A stretch of 64,000 nucleotides of DNA from Felis catus (Eukaryota). Location: positions 40,734,001-40,798,000 of the forward strand of contig NC_058383.1 of NCBI RefSeq assembly GCF_018350175.1, read 5' to 3'. The position numbers and the translations under genes were made by a program. Below, piece by piece: positions 42,841 to 57,000 of this stretch (its first letter is position 1; the number at the start of each line of letters is the position of its first letter). A model generated the notes under the pieces. It was given only the letters and a program-made list of their open reading frames with translations. It searched no databases and was not told the DNA's origin.

Positions 42841-43414
42841 TGATGTGGGAACCAAAGGCAAAGGAAAAATGAAATTTCCTTACAATTTACAGCCCATTGA
42901 CAAGTCCTTGAAACTGGCAGAGTGACCTTCCTCTGGGAGCTCAGCTGCCTCCATGATGACGCTTTGCTAAGGGCAAAAGGCAACCTTAGCCTGACACCCC
43001 CGATGCTATAAGTCTACTTTAACATGTAAAAATTCCTTTGGAAACTTCCCTTGTCTTTTCCTGCCCACGATACATGTTGGCAACCACACTCCAAGCTTAT
43101 GGCCTGCTGATCTACACCTGAAGGGTTTCATGACTAGGATTTATTGGACAGTAGTAATGACCCTTTCCTAACAACAGCTGGCCCCCTCGAGGGCCTGGAA
43201 ACCTTGCTTCCAAAATTTCTTAGAGACTTCTACTATCTCTAAGCCCCTCCCAACTTGAAAGTACATAATCCATCGCTCCTCACGACCCCAGTGCAGCTCT
43301 TTGTGCCCACATTTCCTATTCCCGTGTTTTAATAAAACCACCTTTTTGCACCAAAACACATCTCAAGAATTCCTTCTTGACTGTCAGTGCCGAACCGCAA
43401 CATTTTCTACGTCA
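42841..43414 (+). mobile_element. Solo ERV LTR (carnivore type), 574 bp
   Basis: TGA...TCA termini, GGGGA direct repeat on both flanks, internal AATAAA at 43331-43336, AT-rich relative to its surroundings. Confidence 0.75.
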
Positions 43415-43816
43415 GGGGACACTTCCAGGGGTCCACCGTTCAGCATTTGCTGGGGGGCCTGGATCCTCCCAGAGTCACATCCACGTGACACACATCCATG
43501 ACTTTCCAGAAAGTGTGCGTTCACAAGTGTGCACACCAGCCTTCACAGGCATGTGCACGTGTTCACCCACACAACGCAGGAAAGGCTGCAGGTCTGCCTT
43601 CTCCAGGTCAGAGCCTGGTGAGCGCCCAGTGCAGGGGGTAGCTCACATGGCGTCCAGCCCGGAATGACAAATATGGCAGGCGGGTATCAACCTAAGGTCA
43701 AGTACTGTTGAAAGGAAGACTTTGCTGGGCATTTGGACAGCTTCTGAAGCAGGGCCATAGGGCATGGAGGAAGCAGGGACACCGGTCAGTCAGGTTCCCC
43801 GTCCCAAGAGAACATC

Positions 43817-44500
43817 TGGTGTAAAAGAAAGCAACGTTTTCTGCACTTTGAACACTTTAGACACCAAGTGTGTGGGTTTTCCTCGCCAAGCAGTTCTCTG
43901 CAGACGTCGACCGGGTGTCCTACAACTTAACTCAATTCTGACACTCTTATCCGGCATTATGCAGACCCCCGGGGCTGAGGGCCCAGTCCCACGAGACCAC
44001 CCCCTCTTCCGGTGCCAGTCACAAATCCAGGTTGTAACCTGTGCCTCTGATCCATCAACTCTAACTCCGGTCAGGGTTCTCACCCCCCCCCCCCTTCTCA
44101 GCCTCCATAATTTGCTAGAATGGCTCACAGAACTCAGGGAAACCGTCACTCATGTTTACTGGTCCATCGTCAAGGATAGGACTCTTGGGAACAGGGATGG
44201 AAGAGACACACAGGGCAAGGGGTGGGGAGGAGGCTGGGAGCCTCCAGGCCCTGCGGGGGCGCGCCACCCTCCCGGCAACTCCGTGTGTCTGTTGACCTGC
44301 CTGGAGGCTCCCGAGCCCCTTTCCTTGGGGTCTTTGTGGAGACCCCGTGACACAGGTGTGGTTGATGAGATCATCGGTCCTGGGTGATCAGCTCGGTCTC
44401 CCACCTGCTAATCACAGGTTGGGTCCTCCGAACACCAGCCCCCAAGGCCCAAGGGTCACCTGCTTGGTGGGAACCCAGGTAAGGTTGAAAGGGGCTTGTC
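43817..44500. mobile_element. MER21-like LTR element
   Basis: AATTTGCTAGAATGGCTCACAGAACTCAGGGAAAC and GGGTGTCCTACAACTTAACTCAATTCTGACAC match the MER21 consensus as I recall it; ends approximate. Confidence 0.7.
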
Positions 44501-44959
44501 ATGCACAAACAGCAGTCTCCTCTCCGCGCCCACACATGGAAGGACAAGGAAAATGCAGAGTACACCCAACGTGGCTGGAGGCAAAAGCGCATTCAGGAAA
44601 GGAAAGCCGGGGCTGTGAAATGGTGGTCACGTGCAGAATGCCAGCAGAGCTGCCTGGCCCAGGGGGCCTGTCCAGAATGGCCAGCCCCACACCACTTCCC
44701 CAGCCTAAGCTGCAAGACTGCCATCCTCCCCTGACGAAACCCACATCTCGGCCCCTCCACGACAATCCCAGGTTAAAGCCCGGGTCAGGGCCACCATCTG
44801 AGCTCTGGCCAGAGTGACGTCGGGTTTGGGGATCTCACTCGTGAGAAGCTGCCCACCAAAGATAAAATGGCCGGCTGCAGAACAGGGTCCCTAGGAGACA
44901 CGGGCCCCAAGCCGTCAACGGGGAAAACACCTTGGACACAACAAATAGGGCTCCGACCC

Positions 44960-47445
<2,486 letters not shown>

Positions 47446-48015
47446 CTTTCTCCTGCATGTTTCTGTCTCCACCAAGACCCGTTCTGGAATAAACCCAGAT
47501 GCCAGCCCCTGCCTCCCAGGGCTGGGCCCTGGGGGCTGCCCTTGCTTGGTCTGGGGGCTCTTGGCTGGTGGCCGCTGGGCTGCTTAGAACCTGGGAATAA
47601 AGTGTTTCTTGCTGCTCATTGCTGATGTTAGCCGCGCCTGCTCCTGGGAGCATTTCTGGCGGTGCTGGGTGGGCAGGCTGTTGTCTCCAGGGGCTCTGTA
47701 CTAGGGGTAGGAGGGGTCTGGCCTGTGGAGTCAGGGCTCGGGGGCATCCCGGACCGTGTTGCTCTGCCCCGGCAGCAGAGGAAGGAGGGAGAGCTCAGGG
47801 ACTGCCGAGGCGGGACTGAGCTGGCTGCCTGGCTCTGCTGCCAAGAGAGGAGGTGCCCATCTCGGGCTGGTCACGGCCTGTGCTCCTGCAGGGACATGGG
47901 AGGTTCCCGAGGAGCCAGCGCTCCCTCGGGCAGCGGGTTACCAGCCGGAAGGCAGGCTGAGTGGGGTGAGGGTCCCACCAGGAGGTCCGGCACCCGCAGG
48001 CCATGAGGTCAGGCT

Positions 48016-48021
48016 TTTATT
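48016..48021 (-). terminator. WFIKKN1 polyadenylation signal
   Basis: TTTATT about 55 nt beyond the stop. Confidence 0.75.
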
Positions 48022-48075
48022 CAGCAGGACAGGAAGGCAGGGTGGGCAGACACTGGGGCGGGGGGCGGGGGGCGG

Positions 48076-50407
48076 CTAGTCCTGGAAGCGGTTCAGCAGC
48101 TCACAGGCCTTCTTCTCGAGCAGCTCTGAGATCTTTTTGACACGCTTCTCGCTCGCCGTGCGGACGTAGCTGCCAGCGTCCAGCACGGCCACGCCGTCTC
48201 GCACCTCGCCCATGATGACCAGGGGGCCGTCGCCAGCTGTCACGTTGGGGCAGGGGCAGGTCCAGTCCATGCCACTCAGCGTCACCTCCAGGTACTTGGT
48301 GCCCAAGAACCTGAGGCCCATCTTGTCATCCTTGAGCACCTCGTCCAGGGCCACGCGGGCGATGCCGCCGCCCCCCACCTCGGGCTCCTCCAGCACCTCG
48401 GTGAGCCTCCCCACGATGGCGAAGTCACTGCGGCACAGACTCAGCGCCAGCTTGCTCCGCAGGCGGCAGGCCCGGCAGGGCGGCGTGCGCGGCACGGGGC
48501 AGGCGTCCTCACAGCTCGCACGGCTCTCGAAGTTGTTGCCGTTGCCCTCGCAGCCGCCGTAGACGAAGGGGTGGCACTGCCGCAGCAGCGGGCTGTAGGC
48601 CCAGCGGGGCTCCCAGCCCTGGCAGCGGCCCTGCACGGCCGGCAGCACGCAGGCGTCGCTGGGGCCGCGGGCGCAGGCCTGCTGGCACGCCTCGTAGGTC
48701 TCGAAGCCCCGGCCACCGCCCTCGCAGCCGCAGGCGGGGAAGGTCATGCAGCCCCCGCGCTGGGGGTCGTACTGCCAGAGGACCAGGCCGGAGGGGGCGC
48801 CGGTGCAGGCCTGCGCGGCGGGCAGGCACTCGGCCGGGTCAGGGGGGGTGGGCGCCGCGTCCCCGGCCGGCTCCCGCCGGACCACCGACAGTGGGAAGTC
48901 GGCCCGCAGCAGGCCCGCGGCGTTGCGTGCGGTGCACGTGTAGAGGCCGGCGTCCTCGGGCCGGGCGTTGTAGAGCACCAGCTGCCCGACGCTGGTGACC
49001 ACCACGTTGCCGTACATCTGGTCGGGCCGCATGATGAGGGTCTCGCGCCGGTTGCTCTGCTTCTCCCAGGTCACGGCCGGTGGCGGGCGGCCGCTGACCT
49101 CGCAGTGGAGGCTGGCCGTGCCCCCCACGAACACGGCCTGCGGGGCGGGGCTGCTGTAGAGGGCGGGTGGCGTCGGGGCATCCCCGGGCGTGGGGCGGGC
49201 CGTGGTCTCGGGTGGGCCGGGGCTGCTGGGCGGCCAGCTGAGGACGTGCTTGCAGGGCACCACGTGCAGGCGGAGGCCGCGCAGGCAGGCCTCTGCGTCC
49301 ATGTAGCAGCGGTTGTAGTAGGTGAGGCCGTCGGAGGCACAGGTGAAGCTGGGCTCCTTCTCGCAGCGGTCACGGCAGCGGCACACGGGCTGCCCGTCCC
49401 AGATGTCACAGTCGGAGCCCTGCTGTGCGCACGTGAAGCCCTCACAGGAGGCCGGCGGCGTGGGCACATCAGGGCCGCCGTCAGGGAAGCGGGCCGCCAC
49501 GCAGCTCCGCAGCCCACACACGTTGGCGCAGCACTTCTCGGAGGCCTGGCAGTCCTGGGGGGCGGGGGGGGGGGCGGGGGCAGCTCAGCGGGGACCCTAG
49601 CTCTGCCTGGCAGCCTGTCCAGAGGGAGGGGGGCCGAGCTCCTGCTGCCCCTCCCAGACCTGTCTCCCCCGTGGGAAGCTGAGCGCGTCTGCGGAAGTTT
49701 CCCTCCTGTTCTCTAGAGTGAGCCACAGCTGCCCGCTGTCTAGGGGGCTGTCACAGGTGTTGTCTCCCTGAGCCTCACTGCATCCTCAGACATTCCCCCT
49801 ACGAGGCAGGTTTCACCACAGAAACGAGGAAACCGAGGCCCAGGGCGGGGCGTGCACAACGTGCTCAAGGCCACTGCAGGGCTGCAGGGCAGAGGTCCCG
49901 CATGGCCCCCTGCCTTTCTGGCTTGCTGGTCCCAGGGTGCGGGCAGGTGGGTTCGGGGAGTGAGGAGGGGGCTCTTAATCTTCAGACACATGAAGGCGCA
50001 GACTGGGGGTGTTCCCTGGGACCCTCGTATGTGCAGCAGCCCAAAACCAGCAGCAGAGTGTGGGGAGCCTGAGGATTGGGGCCCAGGATTGGGAGGGGCC
50101 GCAGTGCAGCTGCTGGGTTCCCCCTCTGTGGGCAAGGCCTGGGTGCAGGGGTAGGGTCTGACCAAGCCGCCAAGATGCCCTGAGCCCCCCACCCCCACCC
50201 CCAACGAGGGCCGGCGGGGGTGGTGCCTCTGCTTACCTGGTCCCCGATGCACTCACGCTCACAGGTGCTCTGGGCATCCACCCACAGGTTGGGGCTGAGC
50301 TGGTTGGGGCACACGCCTGGGTGGCTCCGGGGTCCTGGCGGCAGGCTGGCCCCCAAGGTCAGCCCAACCACGAGGAGCGGCAGCAGGAGTGGCCTCGGGG
50401 CCAGCAT
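48076..50407 (-). CDS. WFIKKN1: WAP, follistatin/Kazal, Ig, Kunitz and NTR domain protein 1 (GASP-2), 549 aa
   Basis: Exon 1 50407-50237 (signal peptide, HPGVCPNQLSPNLWVDAQSTCEREC) and exon 2 49554-48076 (Kazal CASDGLTYYNRC, Ig, two Kunitz domains including CHPFVYGGCEGNGNNF, NTR), total 1650 nt. Confidence 0.97.
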
Positions 50408-52425
50408 GGGGACCGCCAGGACAGGGGGTGGGGGATGTGACCACCAGTCCCTCCTCAGGCCCTGCCCAGCCTCCTCCCTGAAGGCATCTGCCTCCCCAGG
50501 CCTGTGGTCGCTGCCCCTGCCCTCCAGCCCCCAGCTGATCCTGGGGCTCTCCCCTCACCCCCAAGGTCTAAGCCCACAGCAGATGCTTCGTCTCAACACC
50601 CCAGTTCGAGGGGCTGGGTAGGTTCCGGGCCTCTCCCAGCTCTGAGTCTGTGCGTGCGGCGCCAGCCCCTCCCCTGCCTGGCCCCTCTGTGGTCAGCGCA
50701 GGGCAGGGGGTGGGGAGGGGAGGAGAGCTGGGGAGGGGCCGAGGCCCAGGAGCACAGAAGACACTGGCCGCGAGGGTCACCAAGGGGCGGAGAAGGGCCA
50801 GAGAAGGGCTGGCTGCGGCGGGAGGGGAGGGGAGGGGACACTGTAACTGGAGCCCCTCCTCCCTCTGGGCGCTGGGCTTCGGATGGAAGGGCCCTGGGAT
50901 CAAAGCTGCCTCTCAGACCCTCCCAGCCCAGGTCAGGGGAGGGGGCCAGGCTGGCCAACCCCCTCCGGCTCTCCAACCTGCCCCAGCTGTCCAGGGCCTG
51001 GGTCTCCCCCAAGCAGGCCCAGGCCAGCCCCTTCCTTAGATTTATTTCTTCTAGACAAGACAGAGGCACAGGGGTACCGTGTTCAGCCCAGCAATGAGTA
51101 AGCATTCTGTTCCTTCCCAGGAAAAACTCCACAACCTTCTCCTGGGAGAAGGGTCACGACCTGCCGACAGGTCTCGGGGTCAAATTGAAACCCTTTCTAA
51201 AGTTAGTGGTGAGGTCCCTGAAGCACAGGGGTGCACAGTGAGCTCGGCCTGGGCCTTTCCATGGTGACCCTCAGCAGATGAGGGTTGGGGGAGGCCAATG
51301 CAGGGCTGGACTTTGCCCCCGCCCCCAGGATGGCCCTGGTCCAGGCTCTTCCACAACTGGACAAGGCTCATGCCACCGAAGTGAGGTCCCGGGACGACCA
51401 GCAGGGAGGGAACTGTGTGCCTCCAGTATGGCCCCCAGTCGCACAGGCAGCAAACACTGCAAACATGGCTGGTGAGAGCGAGGCACTGAGTGTATCTACT
51501 TGGACGGACTTGAATTTCGGTGGTTGTGGCCCCATGTGGGGCCAGTCCCTAGAGGCCAAGGCCACCTAAAAAGCACCCTGGAAATGGGGGGGGGGGCGGT
51601 CTCCTGGGAGCTGCACAAGCGCCTGGGAGGAGGAGCCTTCCCTCAGACGGGTACGGAAGCCCCTCCCTGGCAGGGCTGGCAGGGAGAGCTAATGCAGCAA
51701 AACAGGACAAAGCCGCTGGAACCCGCCCTCCCAAACCCTTCCCCAGGGTCTGGGGCCCCACGAGCATCTGCTCTGAGATGGGATGGAAAACATCCCATGA
51801 CCCCACGTCTGACCTTATGACCTAGGAGGCAGAGTAATAAAAGCCGTGTCTGGTCAGCGTGAGACCGGAAGATGGCCCAGATACGGAGAATGCATCCTGG
51901 GGGACTGTGGGCACGGGGTCCAGGATGGTCCCTCAGAGCTGCGGTCAGAGGCCTGGGTCCCCGAGCGTGGGGCTGCCAGGTTCAGAGTGATCGTTCCCAA
52001 CCCACCAGTGCCCACCACAGCCCTGGACTGAGCCTCACGCACTGTCGCCTGGTGGCTTTCCCAGCGAGGGCGCCAACTCCAGGCCTGGGTAGTGCCGTGC
52101 TGAGCGCTGGCAGGTGGTGATCCCGAGTCATCCGCTGCATCCCTGGCTCTGTGCCCACCACCCTCGCAGGCAGCGGAGCGAACTCGGCAGTTAGGCCCTG
52201 GACCCACGGACATCGAGGGTGTTCCTACCCTCGGAGGCAGCGCGGCACAGAGCGTCTCTGTTGCACCCGTCCGGCCCACCAGGAAAGGCAGTGCAGCCAC
52301 GCTCAGCCCTCACAGCCAGACGCGCACCAGCCGTCCAGGCCAGGCGTGGAGGGGGTGTCAACGAAGCGGCACCGGACCCACCCTGCCACGTCACACCCAC
52401 CACTTGGCCAGTTAAAACCAGAGGC

Positions 52426-52431
52426 TTTAAT
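52426..52431 (-). terminator. Probable RAB40C polyadenylation signal (ATTAAA)
   Basis: TTTAAT at the end of an AU-rich block about 1.6 kb beyond the RAB40C stop. Confidence 0.55.
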
Positions 52432-54014
52432 TTCTATAAAACGCAGCCTGAAAATCAGAGCTGAATTAGGTTTACTGTACAAAGAAACAAAAACCGTCCA
52501 AAATGAGCACAGGAATGGTGTGTCAGCAGCGAAAAGTAGTGTTGATAAGGTGAACGTAGGACTGTCCACGTCCTCAAAACAGTCTGTGTGACGGGGTTCA
52601 AAGTCCGAAGAAAGGGGCCTGACAGGCAAGACAGGATGGGTGTGGCCTCCTCTGCCTGACCCTGCTGAGGCCAGGCCTCACACGGGGACCCTGGGTGCCC
52701 CTGCACACCCGGGCCACGGCCCCCACCCTGCCTCCCAGACACCCAGGACAGGAGAGTCCCAGAGCCCAGGATGGGGCCGTGAGTAGGAGGTAGAGCTGAG
52801 CACCAGTGTGACCCGGTGGCCGTGTCACCAACCAGGTGGCAGGAGGAGCCTGGCTGGCTGGCGGGTTCTCCAGGAGAGGCTCGGTGACTCTGCTGCCGGC
52901 ACCACTCCAGGCAGCATCACTAAGAAAATCTGGGTCAGAACGGTTCTGGTGACGTGTGACCCCGAGGGGTGATGCCAGGCCAGGAGCAGCTGTGGGGTCA
53001 CACCCGAGGCCAGCAGATGGAAGGTGGCAAGAGTGGAGGCCAGGTGCCCCAGGAGACAAACAGGCAGGTCTGTCCAGACCCGCAGAGCACCTGACAGCCC
53101 CCCTGAGGATCTCGGCGTCTTCACACGGGAGATGCTGAGCCGGTTTCATGGAGCAACAGACAGAGATATGACCGGAAGGGAAGGTGCAGAGTCAAGGGGG
53201 AGGCTGTTTGCCCCCACACGTGGAGGGACACGGGGGGAGTGCATCCCACTATCCCCTCTGAGAAGCCCCAACATTCCCCTGGGGAACCTAGGAAATTGCC
53301 CCCAGCTCTGAGCCCATCTGAGACGCGCAGGATGTCACCCAGGAAGGTGTGGCCGCACCATTCAGACCTCTGCCCAGCCCCTTGGGGGGGCACAAGGAGC
53401 CCCGTACTCAGGCTGGCGGAGGCAGCCACGGGGCCTAGAGCCCTGCCCAAAGCTCCCACCTGTACCCTATGGTCTCTGCACAGCCCACACCCCACGTGAA
53501 GTGTCTGAACTCAAAGGGTGAAGTCTTGGGGGTTCCTCCTCGTCTTTGCCTCAAATCCCCTCCCTCTCCCAAGGTCCCGAAGCTTGACCCCACAGCTGAC
53601 AGGGGCTCACGTGTGGCTGCACCAAAGGCCTCCCTGCCCATCCTTTAAAAATGTACAGAAAGGTGAACATCTTCCACATAAATAAGAAAGGGAGCCAGGC
53701 CTCCTGGGTCCCCAAGGACCGCCCCGCCCCCTTGAGGCCGGGCCGGGCAGAGCTGCCTCCCGGGCACTTCCCAGCCGCATGGCACTGCAGGGTCCCGGGC
53801 TTGTTCCGCCAAGATCCCCGCAGCTCTCTCCGGTCCCGCGGAGCTTCTCTGGCCCAGACCACTGCCCGCGCAGTGAGCCCCCACGCTTCCCAGGAGGCGG
53901 TGAGGTCAAAGCCTTCCCTGCACACAGCGCCAGGCCCAGCGCCCGGCCAGAGACGCTCCCCAAGCGTGAGCCCTCCCGGAGCGAACTGGACGGGGTGGCA
54001 CCCGGCCCGTCCTG

Positions 54015-57000
54015 CTAGGAGATCTTGCAGTTGCTCCTTGAGCAGTTCTGGGGCGGGCTCTGCGGGGGGCGGATGGACTTGGACCTCTTGAGACTGTTGC
54101 CCTTGCTGCTGCCCCCGCCTGCCCCACTGGCCAGCGAGTAGGAGCGCCCGTGCATCATGACGGCGTTCATGCCATTGGCCATCGAGAAGGACTTGAGATG
54201 GCTCTTGATGGTGACCGGCAGCGGGAGCTTGTCGATGAGGTGCACCGGGGTGCAGGAGACGATGGCCCGGCAGCACAGGTCCTGCAGGCTGAACACTACG
54301 GATGGGGGCGGGGGAGGGAAAGGTCAGGCGGTGGGGTGCAGAGGTCCGCAAAGCTCAGGCTTGCCCTGCTCGGGACCCTGGACGCCCACCACTCCACAGC
54401 CCAGCTGCCGGTGTCCCGTTCCCGACTTCTCCCTGGAGCCGCACGCAGAGAGGTGCCCTGGGAGACCCCGCTTCCAAGGGTCGCCAGCCCTGCCCTGGGG
54501 CCTAACGGGAGATGGAGGCCTCCAGCCAGCCCTGGCCCTTCTGGCAGCTGGGGTGGGACGGGGCTGAGGGACGGGGGAGCGCACAGCCAGGATCCTCATG
54601 GGTCAGCTCCAGGAGGGGAGGCTTCGAGCCAGTCTCCTGTTCGCTCCAGGGCACAGTCCACAGCACTCCCTCCCAGCACCGAGGCGCAGACCCTTGCACA
54701 GCGCCGGGACCCCACACAGAGCAGACACGGGGCGCAGGCTAACTTAGCTTCCAGGTGTCAGGGAAGCAGCGGGGACCTTGCTTCCCCTCCAACCCGGGGA
54801 GGCCGGCCCCTGAGTGGGCTGCCAGAGGCCCCCTCTGCCTCCGTTCTCCTGACCACAGCTGCGACACCACCTCACCTCGGTTGGGCCTCCAGATCTTCTC
54901 CATGCCGTGCCTCATAAGCACGATGCGGGACAGCTCCGTGAAGGACTCAATGACATTGAAGTTGCACAGAGGGCTGACCTCGAAGAAAGTCATGCCATTC
55001 TTCTCTGCGTAGGCGCGTGCCTGCTCTGTTGGAACTTGCCGCTTGAAGGCCAGGTGTAGCCGGTTCCCAACCAGGATCCGGGGGACCCCGGGTGCATGCT
55101 TGCGGTGGGGGGGGGGGGACGCACAGTACTCAGCAGAGGCACGAGCACAGGACACCCCCATGTTGGCACCGTCCCCCTGCCCCCAAAGCAGGCAGGGCCC
55201 TCACTGTCCATTCTGTGGCCACCGAGTATGTGGCAGTCAGTGTGCAAGACGACAGAGAGCCAGGGCAACGGGCAGAGGCGGGGGTAGGGACAGCCAACGG
55301 GGTCCCCCAGCTTCCTGCTGGGGATGGGAGTACACCCTGGGAAGGGACCGTGCGAGGGCTATCTATGGATGCACACCTACCTCATCAATCTCCTTGATCC
55401 ACCGGTCGATGCCGTCAAAGGACCAGCGGTTGGTGATGTCATACACCAGGAGGATCCCCTGCAAGGGAGACACGGGCGTCGAGAGGCCGGGGGCCGCCTG
55501 GATGGAAGGGGTCCTATTCCAGGCACAGTGCCCTATGTGGCCAAGCACCACTCCTTTCCAGCATAGGCGGGGCCAGGGGCACTCGGCTCCAGCCAGACAG
55601 CTTTTATTTATTTTATTATTATTTTTTAATGTTTATTTTTGAGAGAGACAAGAGACACAATGTGAGTGGGTTAGGGGCGGAGAGAGAGGGAGACACAGAA
55701 TCCGAAGCAGGCTCCAGGCTCTGAGCTGTCAGCACAGAGCCTGACATTGGGCTCAAACTCACGAGCTGTGAGATCATGACCGGAGCCGAAGTTGGACATC
55801 CAACTGACTGAGCCACCCAGGCGCCCCTTAAGGGGATTGTGTGGGTCACACGTTTTCCACGTGAAAAATGCCTGGCTTTGAGACTCTGTCACGCTTCAGA
55901 GGCATTGCTGGCATCAGCTCTGCACGCAGGCCTCAGCCAGCCCTGTCCCCATCTCCTCACCGAGGGCAGGCCCGTGTGGTCCTGGATACCCTCTGTGAGG
56001 GGTGATGGCAATAGGGGGATCTCGTGGGCTCAGTGCTGCCTCTTCCCTCCCTATCTTGAAGACTTGGCTGGGAAAACTGGTATTTTTTCAATTTCTTTCC
56101 TCCAAACACATTGTAAGCATTATCCTGTGATCATTTAAAAATGACTCAAGCTGAAGGGGCGCCTGGGTGGCTCGGTCGGTTAAGCATCCGACTCTTGATT
56201 TTGGCTCAGGTCACGATCCCAGGGTTGTGGGACTGAGCCCCGTGTCAGGCTCTGTGCTGACAGTGTGGAGCCTGCTTGGGATTCTCTTCCCATCCCCTCT
56301 CTGGCCCTCTCCTGCTCTCGAGTTCTCTCTCTCAAAATAAATAAATAAGCATTAAAAAAAAAAAAAAATCACCCAAGCTAAGACAGTCTACAAAGGTCTA
56401 CAGACAGTGTGGACAGGCCCTGCGGACAACCCTGGCAGGCAGACAGGGGTGATGTCCCTGACACTGTCCAACGGAGCTCTGCTCAGGGGACCCGGGGGCC
56501 GAGCGGACGGATTCTTAGTTTTCCAACCCAAATTTGCAGGCAGGACGCCAGTCACTCTAGCAGCCCCCCGCCCCCCGAACTGGGCAGAGGATCTGCTGTG
56601 GGGATTTTGCCGCACGTCCCTTAGAGACCAAGCAGTCAGAGCTCAGCTCTGGGCTGTCTCCGCCTGCCTGGCTCGCCCATCGTCCCTGCCCGAGAGATCT
56701 CCATCACGAGCCGCAGAAAGGTGATTCCAGCAGAGAGTGTAGCTGCGGGCTCCCGCCTCTCTCTGCCCCTTCAGGCCACTCCGAAGCAGGCTCAGGAGCC
56801 GGAACCTCTCCGCAGACAGGATCCACCCCATCCTGCCCCATCAAGGCTCCATTCAGCCTGTGTCTGTCATACACGGGGACAATGCAGCTGAGATCAAAAG
56901 GACAGGGCACCCTCCACCTCCAAATGCGCCTTTCCCCTCAAAAAGTGTCCTTCAAATCCTGCAAGACTGAAGTGTAGCCCTCGATCTTGTCGACGTGGAG

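Noticed and set aside
48615-48630. Gln at P1 of WFIKKN1 Kunitz domain 2 (CQGW, versus human CRGW)
   Set aside because: As I recall, Gln is the usual non-human state, so it is not unusual.
48571-49716. 381-aa plus-strand ORF
   Set aside because: Antisense shadow of the GC-rich WFIKKN1 exon 2.
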